Shown in pieces: positions 36,246 through 47,500 of a DNA stretch of 64,000 nucleotides (position 1 is its first letter; each line of letters begins with the position of its first letter). The DNA is from Anaeramoeba ignava BMAN (lineage: Eukaryota; Protista; Anaeramoebae). A program made the position numbers and the translations under genes. The notes beneath the pieces are model-generated. The model ran no database searches and was not told the origin of the DNA. It was given only the letters and a program-made list of their open reading frames with translations. The DNA lies in the NCBI GenBank assembly GCA_028826165.1, contig JAPDFW010000077.1, positions 310,001-374,000 of the forward strand, in the 5' to 3' direction.

Positions 36246-36484
36246 ATTGTTATTTGTTTTCTTTGTAATTTTGTTTGAAACCCAATTTAACCAAGCTTCA
36301 CAAATATCAGCCATCATTTCTTGATATTTATCTAAATTAGCACAATTAATAAAAAATCTTTTTAATTCTTTTTCAAGTTCTTCAATTTTTTGATTTAATT
36401 CTAAATAATAAAAATAATTTTAAATTGTTTTAAATTGTTTTAAATTGTTTTTTAATTTAAAAAAAAACCTTCAATTTCTTCCAT
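36201..36484 (-). CDS. small 71-aa coiled-coil protein (two exons), absent from the ORF track
   Basis: Exons 36484-36469 and 36400-36201 with a 68-nt GT-AG intron give MEEIEELNQKIEELEKELKRFFINCANLDKYQEMMADICEAWLNWVSNKITKKTNNNLQENLQENLQENTN. Confidence 0.65.
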
Positions 36485-36770
36485 TTTCTTTTTTTTAAAT
36501 TAAATTTAAATTAAAAAAAGCAAAAAAAAACAATTTTTTTTTTCAATTAAAATTAAAATAAAAAAATAAAAAAAAGATCAAAATTAAAAATCATTTTTTC
36601 TTCTTTTTTCCTTTTTTTTTTCATTTATTTTTTACTTTACTTTTTATTATTTTATTATTTAAAAAAAAAATTTAAAAAAAAAAATTTTTTTTCTTTCTTT
36701 CTTTCTTTTCTTTTTTTAAATTTTGTTTTTTTTTTCTCCAATTTTCTTTTTTTGAATTGAATTTATAAAT

Positions 36771-38023
36771 ATGATTTCAACACAAACAAAAGGAAATTCA
36801 ACTTTTGAAGAAGAAATGGAATTTTTTGAAAGTAAAAAACCAAAAACAATTTCCAGATCTAATTATTATTTTGAAAATGAACAATTTTCTCAACAAAAAT
36901 CTAATTTTCAAAAAGAAAAACTTCAACACAATCAATTTCATTATCAAAATCAATATTATCAACATCAAAATGAACAACAACAACTTATTTCTCCAAAACC
37001 TGAAAAATCTAATTTTTGGTCCAAGTAATTTTTATTTCATTTCAACTTAAATTTAGATTCAAAATTAGATACAAAATTAAATTCAAAATTAAATTCAAAA
37101 TTAGATACAAAATTAAATACAAAATTAAATACAAAATTAAATTCAAAATTAAATTAAATTAAAAATTAAATTCAAAATTAAATTCAAAATTAAATTCAAA
37201 ATTAAATTCAAAATTAAATTGAATATTAAATACAAAATTAAATTCAAAATTAGATACAAAATTAAATTAAAAATTAAATTCAAAATTAAATTCAAAATTA
37301 AATACAAAATTAAATTCAAAATTAAATACAAAATTAAATTCAAAATTAAATACAAAATTAAATTAAAAATTCAAAATTAAATACAAAATTAAATTCAAAA
37401 TTAAATTCAAAATTAAATTAAATTTAAATTCAAAATTAAATTCAAAATTAAATTCAAAATTAAATACAAAATTAAATTCAAAATTAAATACAAAATTAAA
37501 TTCAAAATTAGATACAAAATTAAATTCAAAATTAAATACAAAATTAAAAATTAAAAATTAAATTCAAAATTAAATTCAAAATTAGATACAAAATTAAATT
37601 CAAAATTAAATTCAAAATTAAATTTAAAATTAAATTCAAAATTAAATTCAATATTAAATTCAAAATTAAATTCAAAATTAAATTCAATATTAAATTCAAA
37701 ATTAAATTCAAAATTAAATTCAAAATTAAATTCAAAATTCTAAATTAAATTCAAAATTCAAAATTCAAAATTAAAAAAGTCCTCGTTTTGTAAATTCTCA
37801 ACCAATTCCTATTAAAATTTCAGAAAACAAAAGTGCAAACAAAACAATGCTTGAATTTTCATTTTTTCAAACAGGAATAAGAAATTCACCAAATCAAGAC
37901 ACAAACACTTTTTTTGGACATACTCCTCCTGATCGTTCTGAAAATCCTCTTCCTAAAAATGAACATTTTAGTAACAATTTAACCAAAAATTTCGAAAAAT
38001 GTTCACCATTCTTTTTGAAATGA
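36771..38023 (+). CDS. hypothetical 165-aa protein (two exons)
   Basis: Exons 36771-37024 and 37780-38023 join in frame across a repeat-filled GT-AG intron. C-terminal motif FFGHTPPDRSENPLPKNEHF. Confidence 0.65.
37048..37775 (+). repeat. intronic 12-bp array (AAAATTAAATTC/AAAATTAAATAC)
   Basis: Fills almost the entire 755-nt intron. Confidence 0.9.
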
Positions 38024-38217
38024 AAAATTCCAATTTCTTAAATATACAAAAAAATATCATCAATTCTTTCAATTCAAAAAATTTTTTTTTTTGTATTCTT
38101 TTTTTTTGATTGTTTTCATTTTTTTTTTTCGCTTTTGATCTTCCTGTTTTTAGAAACTTTTATCACTTTGTTTTTTTATGTAAACAATGTTTGATAAACT
38201 GAGAAAATAAAGGAGAA

Positions 38218-38370
38218 TTTGTTTGAATTTTTTGTTTAAATTTTTTGTTTAATTTGTTTAAATTTTTGTTTGAATTTTTGTTTGAATTTTTGTTTAAATT
38301 TTTTGTTTGAATTTTTGTTTAAATTTTTGTTTAAATTTTTTGTTTAAATTTTTTGTTTAAATTTTTGTTT
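38218..38370. repeat. (TTTTTGTTT(A/G)AA)n tract
   Basis: 12-13-bp units downstream of eEF1A. Confidence 0.7.
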
Positions 38371-38580
38371 AAAAAAAAAGTAAAAATTGTTTTTGTTTTT
38401 GTTTTGAATTGTTTTGTGTATTTTTTTTTGTTTGAAATTTTTGAAAAGAAAAAAAAAACTTTTTTTTGAAAGAAAAAAAAAGAAATTTCTTTTGAAAGAA
38501 AGAAAGAAAGCAAAAAAAAAAAACGGAAATTCGGGAAAATCAAAATCAATTCCAAAATCAAAATCTCCAAATGCGGTTAG

Positions 38581-39912
38581 TCATATATTCTTAGAATTTG
38601 ATTTCTTTTCAACAGTTTTTCTAACGATTGATTTAACAATTCCAACTCCAACTGTAGCTCTCATATCTCTAATAGCAAATCTACCAAGTGGAGGATATTC
38701 AGAATAAACTTCTACACACATTGGTTTAGAAGGAACAAACTCGACAAGACCAGCATCACCAGTTTTGAGGGATTGAGGATTTTCTTCCAAAACTTTTCCT
38801 GATCTTTTATCCATTTTGTTAATCAATTTATCAAACTTGCAAGCAACATGAGTAGTGTGGCAATCAAGCACTGGGCAGTAACCTTGTCTGATCTCGCCTG
38901 GATGTTTAAGAATAACAACTTGAGCAACGAATCTCTCGACTTCAGAAGGAGGATCTCTTTTAGCATCTCCACAAACATATCCTCTTCTGATTTCTTTTTT
39001 TGGAACGTTTTTCACATTGAATCCAATATTGTCTCCTGGAGTTGCTTCTTCGAGGGATAAGTGGTGCATCTCGATCGATTTAACTTCGGATGTGATCATT
39101 GAAGGAGCGAAAATAACAGATTGTCCAATTTTCAAAGTTCCAGTTTCCACTCTTCCTGATGGCACAGTTCCAATTCCTTTGATGGAGTATACATCTTGGA
39201 TTGCGAGACGGAATGGTTTGTCTGTTGGGCGCTTTGGAGGAGGAATTGTGTCCAAGAGTCCAAGAAGTGTTGGGCCATCCCACCAAGGCATATTACTTGA
39301 TTTCTCGATCATGTTATCTCCTTTCCAACCACTAATAGGAACAAAGCGAATTTTGTCAGGACTGAAACCGACCCGTTTAAGATATCGCATCATCTCCTCT
39401 TGGATCTCCTTGAATCTTTGTTCAGAATACTTAACGCTTTTGTCATCCATTTTGTTCACGATCACAATCATATCCCTAATTCCAAGTGTGAAAGCTAAAA
39501 GTGCATGTTCTCTTGTTTGTCCGTCTTCAGAAATGCCTGCCTCGAATCCTCCTTTGGTTGAATCCACAACAAGAATGGCGCAATCTGCTTGTGATGTTCC
39601 CGAGATCATGTTCTTAATGAAATCTCTGTGTCCTGGTGCGTCAATTATTGTCAAAACGTATTTGCTTGTTTCAAATTTCCAAAGTGAAAGATCAATTGTC
39701 ATTCCCCTTTCTCTTTCTGTCTTAAGTTTGCTAAGAACCCATGCGAACTTGAATGATTTTTTTCCAATTGATTCTGCTTCTTTTTCATATCGTTCAATTG
39801 TTCTTTTGTCAATCCCGCCGCATTTGTAAATAAGATGTCCTGTTGTTGTTGATTTTCCCGAATCCACGTGTCCTATTACAACTACATTAACATGTAATTT
39901 TTCTTTTCCCAT
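38581..39912 (-). CDS. EEF1A: translation elongation factor 1-alpha (divergent)
   Basis: [67 protein letters not shown]. 443 aa, intronless. Confidence 0.95.
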   Translation of the reverse strand: MGKEKLHVNVVVIGHVDSGKSTTTGHLIYKCGGIDKRTIERYEKEAESIGKKSFKFAWVLSKLKTERERGMTIDLSLWKFETSKYVLTIIDAPGHRDFIKNMISGTSQADCAILVVDSTKGGFEAGISEDGQTREHALLAFTLGIRDMIVIVNKMDDKSVKYSEQRFKEIQEEMMRYLKRVGFSPDKIRFVPISGWKGDNMIEKSSNMPWWDGPTLLGLLDTIPPPKRPTDKPFRLAIQDVYSIKGIGTVPSGRVETGTLKIGQSVIFAPSMITSEVKSIEMHHLSLEEATPGDNIGFNVKNVPKKEIRRGYVCGDAKRDPPSEVERFVAQVVILKHPGEIRQGYCPVLDCHTTHVACKFDKLINKMDKRSGKVLEENPQSLKTGDAGLVEFVPSKPMCVEVYSEYPPLGRFAIRDMRATVGVGIVKSIVRKTVEKKSNSKNI

Positions 39913-40197
39913 TTTGTTCTTGTAATTTTTGCTTTTTTTTTTTTAATTAAGTTAATTTGAAAATTAGTTTTGATTATTTTTTTATTAATTTTTTAATTTA
40001 TTTTTTTGATTTACTTTTGTGTATTTGAATTTGTCAAAACTGCGATAAAAAAAAATTTAAGTAGTTTATTAAAGAAAAATCAATTTAAACTTTTTTAAAT
40101 CAAGTTTAAAAATGAAATAAAAAAGAAATGAAAAAAAATGGAAAGTGAAAAATTTTTTTTCTTTTAAACTCTTTTTTTCTTTAATTTTTCAATTTAA

Positions 40198-40712
40198 TTC
40201 CTTTCAATTTAATAACGATTGATGACGTTTTTTGAATAAGGAATTATTTAATTCAATTAAAGATCATTTTTATTTTTTGGATCATTAATTTCTTTCAATT
40301 TAATAACGATTGATGACGTTTTTTGAATAAGGAATTATTTAATTCAATTAAAGATCATTTTTATTTTTTGGATCATTAATTTCTTTCAATTTAATAACGA
40401 TTGATGACGTTTTTTGAATAAAGAATTATTTAATTCAATTAAAGATCATTTTTATTTTTTGGATCAATAATTTCTTTTAATTTAATAACGATTGATGACG
40501 TTTTTTCATTAAAGAATTATTCAATCCAATTAAAGATCATTTTTATTTTTTGGATCATTAATTTCTTTTAATTTAATAACGATTGATGACGTTTTTTGAA
40601 TAAGGAATTATTCAATCCAATTAAAGATCATTTATATTTTTTGGATAAATAATTTCTTTTAATTTAATAACTATTGATGACGTTTTTTTAATAAAGAATT
40701 ATTTAATCCAAT
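40198..40712. repeat. 91-bp minisatellite, ~5.6 copies
   Basis: aac(g/t)attgatgacgtttttt at 40214, 40305, 40396, 40487, 40578 and 40669 (exact 91-bp period). Confidence 0.92.
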
Positions 40713-41852
40713 TATTAATTTTGATTAAAAATATATTTTAATTAATTTTATTTAATAATCTTAATTTAAAATTAATTTAAATATTTATATTTTTTTATTT
40801 CAATTTTTTTCAATTATTTTAATAAAGATAAATAACTTTATTTCAATAAAGAATTATTCAATCCAATTATTAGTTTTGATTAAAAATATATTTTAATTAA
40901 TTTTATTTAATAATCTTAATTTAAAATTAATTTAAATATTTATATTTTTTGTTTCAATTTTTTCAATTATTTTAATAAAGATAAATAACTTTATTTTAAT
41001 AAAGAATTATTTAATCCAATTATTAATTTTGATTAAAAATATATTTTAATTAATTTTATTTAATAATCTTAATTTAAAACTAATTTAAATATTTATATTT
41101 TTTTATTTCAATTTTTTTCAATTATTTTAATAAAGATAAATAACTTTATTTCAATAAAGAATTATTTAATCTAATTATTAATTTTATTTAAAAATATATT
41201 TAAATTAATTTTATTTAATAATCTTAATTTAAACTTAATTTAAATATTTATATTTTTTTATTTCAATTTTTCAATTATTTTAATAAAGATAAATAACTTT
41301 TTCAATAAAGAATTATTCAATCCAATTATTAATTTTTATTAAAAATATATTTAAATTAATTTTATTTAATAATCTTAATTTAAAACTAATTTAAATATTT
41401 ATATTTTTTATTTCAATTTTTCAATTATTTTAATAAAGATAAATAACTTTTTCAATAAAGAATTTTTAATCCAATTATTAGTTTTATTTAAAAATATATT
41501 TTAATTAATTTTATTTAATAATCTTAATTTAAAACTAATTTAAATATTTATATTTTTTATTTCAATTTTTTTCAATTATTTTAATAAAGATAAATAACTT
41601 TATTTCAATAAAGAATTATTCAATTCAATTATTAATTTTGATTAAAAATATATTTTAATTAGTTTTATTTAATAATCTTAATTTAAAATTAATTTAAATA
41701 TTTATATTTTTTTATTTCAATTTTTTTCAATTATTTTAATAAAGATAAATAACCTTATTCCAATAAAGAATTATTTAATTCAATTATTAATTTTATTTAA
41801 AAATATATTTAAATTAATTTTATTTAATAATCTTAATTTAAAATTAATTTAA
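40690..41852. repeat. ~153-bp minisatellite, ~7.5 copies
   Basis: Unit begins aataaagaatt and contains taataatcttaatttaaa and taataaagataaataac. Starts near 40690, 40846, 40998, 41153, 41304, 41454, 41607 and 41762. Confidence 0.9.
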
Positions 41853-41934
41853 AAAAAAGAAGAACAAAAAAAAAAGATTTTTTAATTAAAATTTTTTTTT
41901 TCATTTTTTTCATTTTATTTTTCATTTTTTAAAC

Positions 41935-44277
41935 ATTTACGCATTTATTTTTATTCAACAACTTGTTAAATCTGCATTAAATCAACAACAAAACACACAA
42001 ACAACATCACCATTAATACAAAGAGTAACGCACAATGGAAAGCAGTTTCAAGAATATTTCACAAATTCAACTCTTCAATATTTGCTTTCAAAAACTTCAA
42101 AAGAAAATTTAAATAATTCTTTACTTCAAAAAGAAATTTTTGAAGATCCAAAAAATTTTCAAAATGAAAAACTCTTTTCAATTCAAAAAAATAAAAATAA
42201 TTCAAGTTTTTTAAGTGAATCTAATTTATTTGCAATTTCAACACCAGATTTTATACATTTATTAAATTTCAATGAAGCAAATTCAAATGAAAATTATTCA
42301 AATGAAAATTATTCAAATGAAAAATATTTAAATGAAAAATATTTAAATGAAAAATATTTAAATGAAAAATATTCAAATGAAAAATTTAATCCAAAAAATT
42401 TGAAATCAAAAAATCAACTTTCAAAAGTTGGAATTCAAAATATTGGAAATTCTTGCTATTTTGCATCAGTTATTCAATCATTAATTCATTCAAACCTTAT
42501 TAATTTGGAATTAATTGGTTCACTTTCTCAAAAATTTAATCAATTTTATCAAAAATATCAAAACATTCCTAATTATCATTATATTTCACCTATAGAATTG
42601 AAGAAATTTATTAACACAAAAAATATTCAATTTGATAATTTAAATCAACAAGATGCACATGAAATGTTAATTTACTTACTTGATTCTTTTTTGGAAGAAG
42701 CAAATGAAAATCAACAAAAAAACACTTCTAATAAAATTCATCAAAAAATCTCAGAAAATCAACTTCTTCAATCAAATGTTGTTTTTCAAGAATTTGGTGG
42801 CTATTTTTCAAGTATTATTCAATGCTTGAAATGCAAAAATTATTTTGTATCAAATGAACATTTTTTATCACTTTCTTTGCCAATTCCAAATTTATTAGAA
42901 ACAAAAATTAAAAACAAAAATCAACTTGAAAAAGAAATTAAAAAGAAATTCCAAAATTCATTTAAAAATATAAATGAAATTACATTTAAAAATAAAAGTG
43001 AAATTGAAAATGAGATTAAAAATAAATTTCCAAATACATTTAAAAACCAAAATCAAAATCAAAATCAAAATAAAAATAAAAATCAAAATATAAATCAAAA
43101 TCAAAATCAAAATCAAAATATAAATCAAAATCAAAATATAAATCAAATTCAAAATCAAAATCAAAATCAAAATAAAAATCAAAATAAAAATCAAAATCAA
43201 AATATAAATCAAAATAAAAATCAAAATATAAATATAAATCAAAATCAATATCAAAATATAAATCAAAATCAAAATCAAAATATAAATCAAAATATAAACC
43301 AAAATCAAAATATAAATCAAAATCAAAATCAAAATCAAAATCAAAATCAAAATCAAAATAAAAATCAAAATCAAAATATAAACCAAAATCAAAATATAAA
43401 TCAAAATAAAAATCAATATATAAATCAAAATATAAATGAAAATATAAATCAAAATCAAAATATAAATCAAAATATAAATCAAAATATAAATCTAAATATA
43501 AATCAAAATGAAAATGAAAATCAAAATATAAATCAATATATAAATCAAAATCAAAACATAAATCAAAACATAAATCAAAATATAAATCAAAATATAAATC
43601 TAAATATAAATCAAAATGAAAATCAAAATGAAAATGAAAATAAAAATAAAAATCAAAATCAAAATCAAAATCAAAATCAAAATATAAATGAAAATGAAAA
43701 TGAAAATCAAAATATAAACCAAAATGAAAATGAAAATCAAAATATAAATGAAAATCAAATTTCAATCAAAGTTTGTTTTAATGAATTGCTAAAACAAGAA
43801 TTTCTTACAGATGAAAACCAATATTTTTGTTCGCATTGTAATAAAAAATGTGATTCAACAAAACAAATAATTTTAACAAAATTACCAAAAACATTAATAA
43901 TTCATCTTAAAAGATTCCAAATTGAAAAAACAGAATCAAAATTAACAAAAGAAAAACAAGAAGAAAAATTTGAATCAAAAAATCAATTAAAAATATCAAA
44001 AATCAAAACAAAAATTCAATTTCCAATTAAAAATATGAATTTAAAAGAATTTATACCAGAAGTATTTCAAGATCAAAAAGAATCATTTATTTTCAATTTA
44101 AGATCTATTATTGATCATTATGGACCTTTTGAATATGGTCATTATACTTCAACTTGTTTTGATAATGAAAAATCAAAATGGATTACTTTCAATGATTCAC
44201 AAGTTCAAGATTTTTCTTCAATTAAAAATAGTTCTTCTTCTGTGTATATTTTATTTTATGAAAGAGCATCAAATTAA
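41935..44277 (+). CDS. ubiquitin-specific protease (peptidase C19) with long N/Q insert; start codon uncertain
   Basis: Cys box [24 protein letters not shown], CxxC pairs, LIIHLKRF, His box [23 protein letters not shown]. The frame is open from ~41890 but has no in-frame ATG before the Cys box. Confidence 0.75.
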   Translation: MYAFIFIQQLVKSALNQQQNTQTTSPLIQRVTHNGKQFQEYFTNSTLQYLLSKTSKENLNNSLLQKEIFEDPKNFQNEKLFSIQKNKNNSSFLSESNLFAISTPDFIHLLNFNEANSNENYSNENYSNEKYLNEKYLNEKYLNEKYSNEKFNPKNLKSKNQLSKVGIQNIGNSCYFASVIQSLIHSNLINLELIGSLSQKFNQFYQKYQNIPNYHYISPIELKKFINTKNIQFDNLNQQDAHEMLIYLLDSFLEEANENQQKNTSNKIHQKISENQLLQSNVVFQEFGGYFSSIIQCLKCKNYFVSNEHFLSLSLPIPNLLETKIKNKNQLEKEIKKKFQNSFKNINEITFKNKSEIENEIKNKFPNTFKNQNQNQNQNKNKNQNINQNQNQNQNINQNQNINQIQNQNQNQNKNQNKNQNQNINQNKNQNININQNQYQNINQNQNQNINQNINQNQNINQNQNQNQNQNQNQNKNQNQNINQNQNINQNKNQYINQNINENINQNQNINQNINQNINLNINQNENENQNINQYINQNQNINQNINQNINQNINLNINQNENQNENENKNKNQNQNQNQNQNINENENENQNINQNENENQNINENQISIKVCFNELLKQEFLTDENQYFCSHCNKKCDSTKQIILTKLPKTLIIHLKRFQIEKTESKLTKEKQEEKFESKNQLKISKIKTKIQFPIKNMNLKEFIPEVFQDQKESFIFNLRSIIDHYGPFEYGHYTSTCFDNEKSKWITFNDSQVQDFSSIKNSSSSVYILFYERASN

Positions 44278-44595
44278 AATCAAAATTATAAATTAAAATT
44301 GATTAAAATTGAATTTAAAATCAAAATTGAATTTAAAATTGAAACTGAAATTGAAACTTGATTTTATTTTTAATTTATTTGTTTATTTTCTTTAATAACT
44401 TTAATGGTGATTTGTTTGAACAATTTATTTTTCTTCTTTCTCTTTTTTTTTTTATCAAATAAATCTCAAAAAAATTTGTTTTAATTTTCATTTTTTTCAT
44501 TTTTTTCAAATTTTTTCAAATTTTTTCAATTTAATTCAAAAAAAAAGATTTTAAAAATATTAAAAATATAAAAATATATAAATAAATAAATCAAA

Positions 44596-47500
44596 ATGGA
44601 TGGATTACTTGAAGGAATTCAAAGTGATGATATTTCAATACAATTTACAAGTATAATAGAATTAAATGAAACAATTTCACTTTCAACTGAAGAAACAATG
44701 AGCGGATTTTCAATTGATTCATTTGTTCCTGCAATAACAAATTTAATTTCAATAGAAGGCGCACCTGAATTAAACTGTAAAATAAAAAATAGAAACACAA
44801 ATCAAACTGGGAATAAAAATAAAATATTATTATTTAATAAAATAATTGTGACGTCTTTAATTTTAATTTAATTTTTTTTTTATTTAATTTTTTTTATTTA
44901 GTGTTTGCTTGTAGAACTTTAAGTAATTTAATGGAAGCTCTTCCTAATTCAACTGGTGCTATTGCTTATAGTGCAACTCAACTTCTTGTTTCTAAACTTT
45001 TAGCTATTGATTATATTGATCTTGCTGAATTATCAATTTTGGTATTTCTTCATTAAATTATAATTAAAATTCATTTATAAAATTAAAATTCATTTATAAA
45101 ATTAAAATTCATTTATAAAATTAAAATTAAAATTTAAATTAAAATTAAAATTAATATTAAAATTCATTTATAAAATTAAAATTAAAATTAAAATTAAAAT
45201 TAAAATTAAAATTAAATTTAAAATTAAAATTAAAATTAAAATTAAAATTCATTTATAAAATTAAAATCAAAATTAAAATTAAAATTAAAATTAAACTTAA
45301 AATTAAAATTAAAATTAAAATTAAAATTAAAATTAAAATTAAAATTAAAATTAAAATTAAAATTAAAATTCATTTATAAAATTATAATTAAAATCAAAAT
45401 AAAATTCAAAATTAAAATTAAAATTAAAATTAAAATTAAAATTAAAATTAAAAGGTTCTTGAAAAATTATCGAGAGATCATTATTCACATGTGATTCAAC
45501 AAGGAGCTTTATCAGCAATAATGACATTTTTTGATTTTTTTTCATCACAAACTCAAGAAAAAGCAATGGCAGCAGCAGCAAACATGACACGTTCAATAGC
45601 AGAAGATTCTTATGATAAAGTTACAGAAGCTCTTCCTTTAATTTGCAATCAATTAAATTCTCCAAATCGCAAAAGTATTTTAAAATTAAAATTAAAATTA
45701 AAATTAAAATTAAAATCAAAATTAAAATTAAAATTAAAATTAAAATTAAAATTAAAATTAAAATTAAAATTAAAATTAAAATTAAAATTAAAATTAAAAT
45801 TAAAATTAAAATTAAAATTAAAATTAAAATTAAAATTCATTTATAAAATAAATTAAAATTAAAATTCATTTATAAAATAAATTAAAATTAATAATTAAAA
45901 TTTCTTTAAATAATTCTTCATTATTTTAGTTGCTGATTTAGCTTGTTTAACACTATTTCGAATTAGCAATCATTTCATTCATAATACAAATATGAGAAAT
46001 TTACTTACAGATGAAATGATTCTTAGAAATTTATTAGAAATTTTGAAACAAGAAGCAGAAAATCCTGGAATAATAACTCCAGCTACTTTTTCATCAATAG
46101 TAGGATTATTATCTGATTTATGCGTTTTAGGTCCTTCTGTTCCAATGATTTTATTTAAGTTAAATATTTTCCAAATACTTCATTATATTATTTTAGGCGT
46201 TTCAAAAGAAAATCTTGAAAATTTAGGTATTTATTTGGAAATTAAAATTAAAAATTAAAGTTGAAATTAAAATTCAAATTAAAATTATAATTAAAATTAA
46301 AATTAAAATTAAAATTAAAATTAAAAAATTATAATTTTTTTGTAATTTAGAAATGTCTGCGAAAAAAAAATCTCATAAAAAAATGCGTTCAACAAATCAA
46401 CTTTATAATATAATTGTCTTGATAAATTCACTTCTTCCTAATCTATCAAATGAAACAATACCAAGAATAATACTTGAATATTTAGAAAGTAATGAACAAA
46501 AAAACACAAATTTTGGATACAATTCATCATATTATAATTATCAAGAAAATCATGAAGCTCGATTAAAAATCATTCAAGAACATCCAGAATTCCCAAAAAA
46601 TTTTGCAGAATATCTATTAGAACCTTTAATTTTTACTTATACTGAAGCAGTTTCTTCATCTTTAAGAAAGAATTGTCTTTCAGGCATTTTGAAAATTATT
46701 TATCACAATAATTCAGAAAATTTATCAAATTTATTACCCATTTATTCCAAATCAATCACATCAATAATTTCTGAAGTTATTACACAACAAGATGATAATG
46801 TACAAGTTGCATTTGGATTGAATATTGCATTTATTTTGATGGAAAAATTACCCGAAATGTTTTGGAGTATTTTTCAACGTGAAGGAATTTTTGAAGATAT
46901 GCAATCTCTTGTTTCTAAAATCACTCAAATCATTCAAAATGAAAAGGAAAAAATTTATATCCTTTCAATTAATATTCAAAAGGATAAAAAAGAACTGACT
47001 ATTGAATTGGATAATGTTGAAAAGGAAAGAAATTCTTTAGAGAAAAATCTTGAAAATTTGGAAGTAGAAAAACAAACACAAATTCAATCACAAGAAAAAG
47101 AATTAGAAGAAATGAAAAACAATTCTAAAACTGAGGATGAAATAAATAGTGTTGCAGAAGAATATGCTAAACAAATTGAGCAAATTGAACAAGAATTATC
47201 AGATGCACAATCAAAAACATATGGATGTAATACAAGAAAAACAGAAATTTTACAGAAACTTCAAGAATTTCAAGAATATCAAGAGTTGATTAAAAAGACG
47301 ATTCCAGAATTTGCTATTGAAGAAGATGAAATTAAAAAAGAAGAAGATGAAATTAAAAAAGAAGATGAAATTAAAGATAATGAAATGGAAATTAAAAAAG
47401 AAGAAGATGAAATTAAAAAAGAAGATGAAATTAAAAAAGAAGATGAAATTAAAGAAATTGAAATGGAAATTAAAAAAGAAGATGAAATCAAAGATAATCA

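Noticed and set aside
39017-39829. 270-aa + strand ORF (also 50153-51289 antisense ORFs)
   Set aside because: These are antisense shadows of the GC-richer eEF1A and HECT coding regions.
40198-40712. CRISPR array or box C/D snoRNA cluster (TGATGA in each unit)
   Set aside because: Units are near-identical along their whole length with no unique spacers, there is no cas gene, and no box D CTGA is present.
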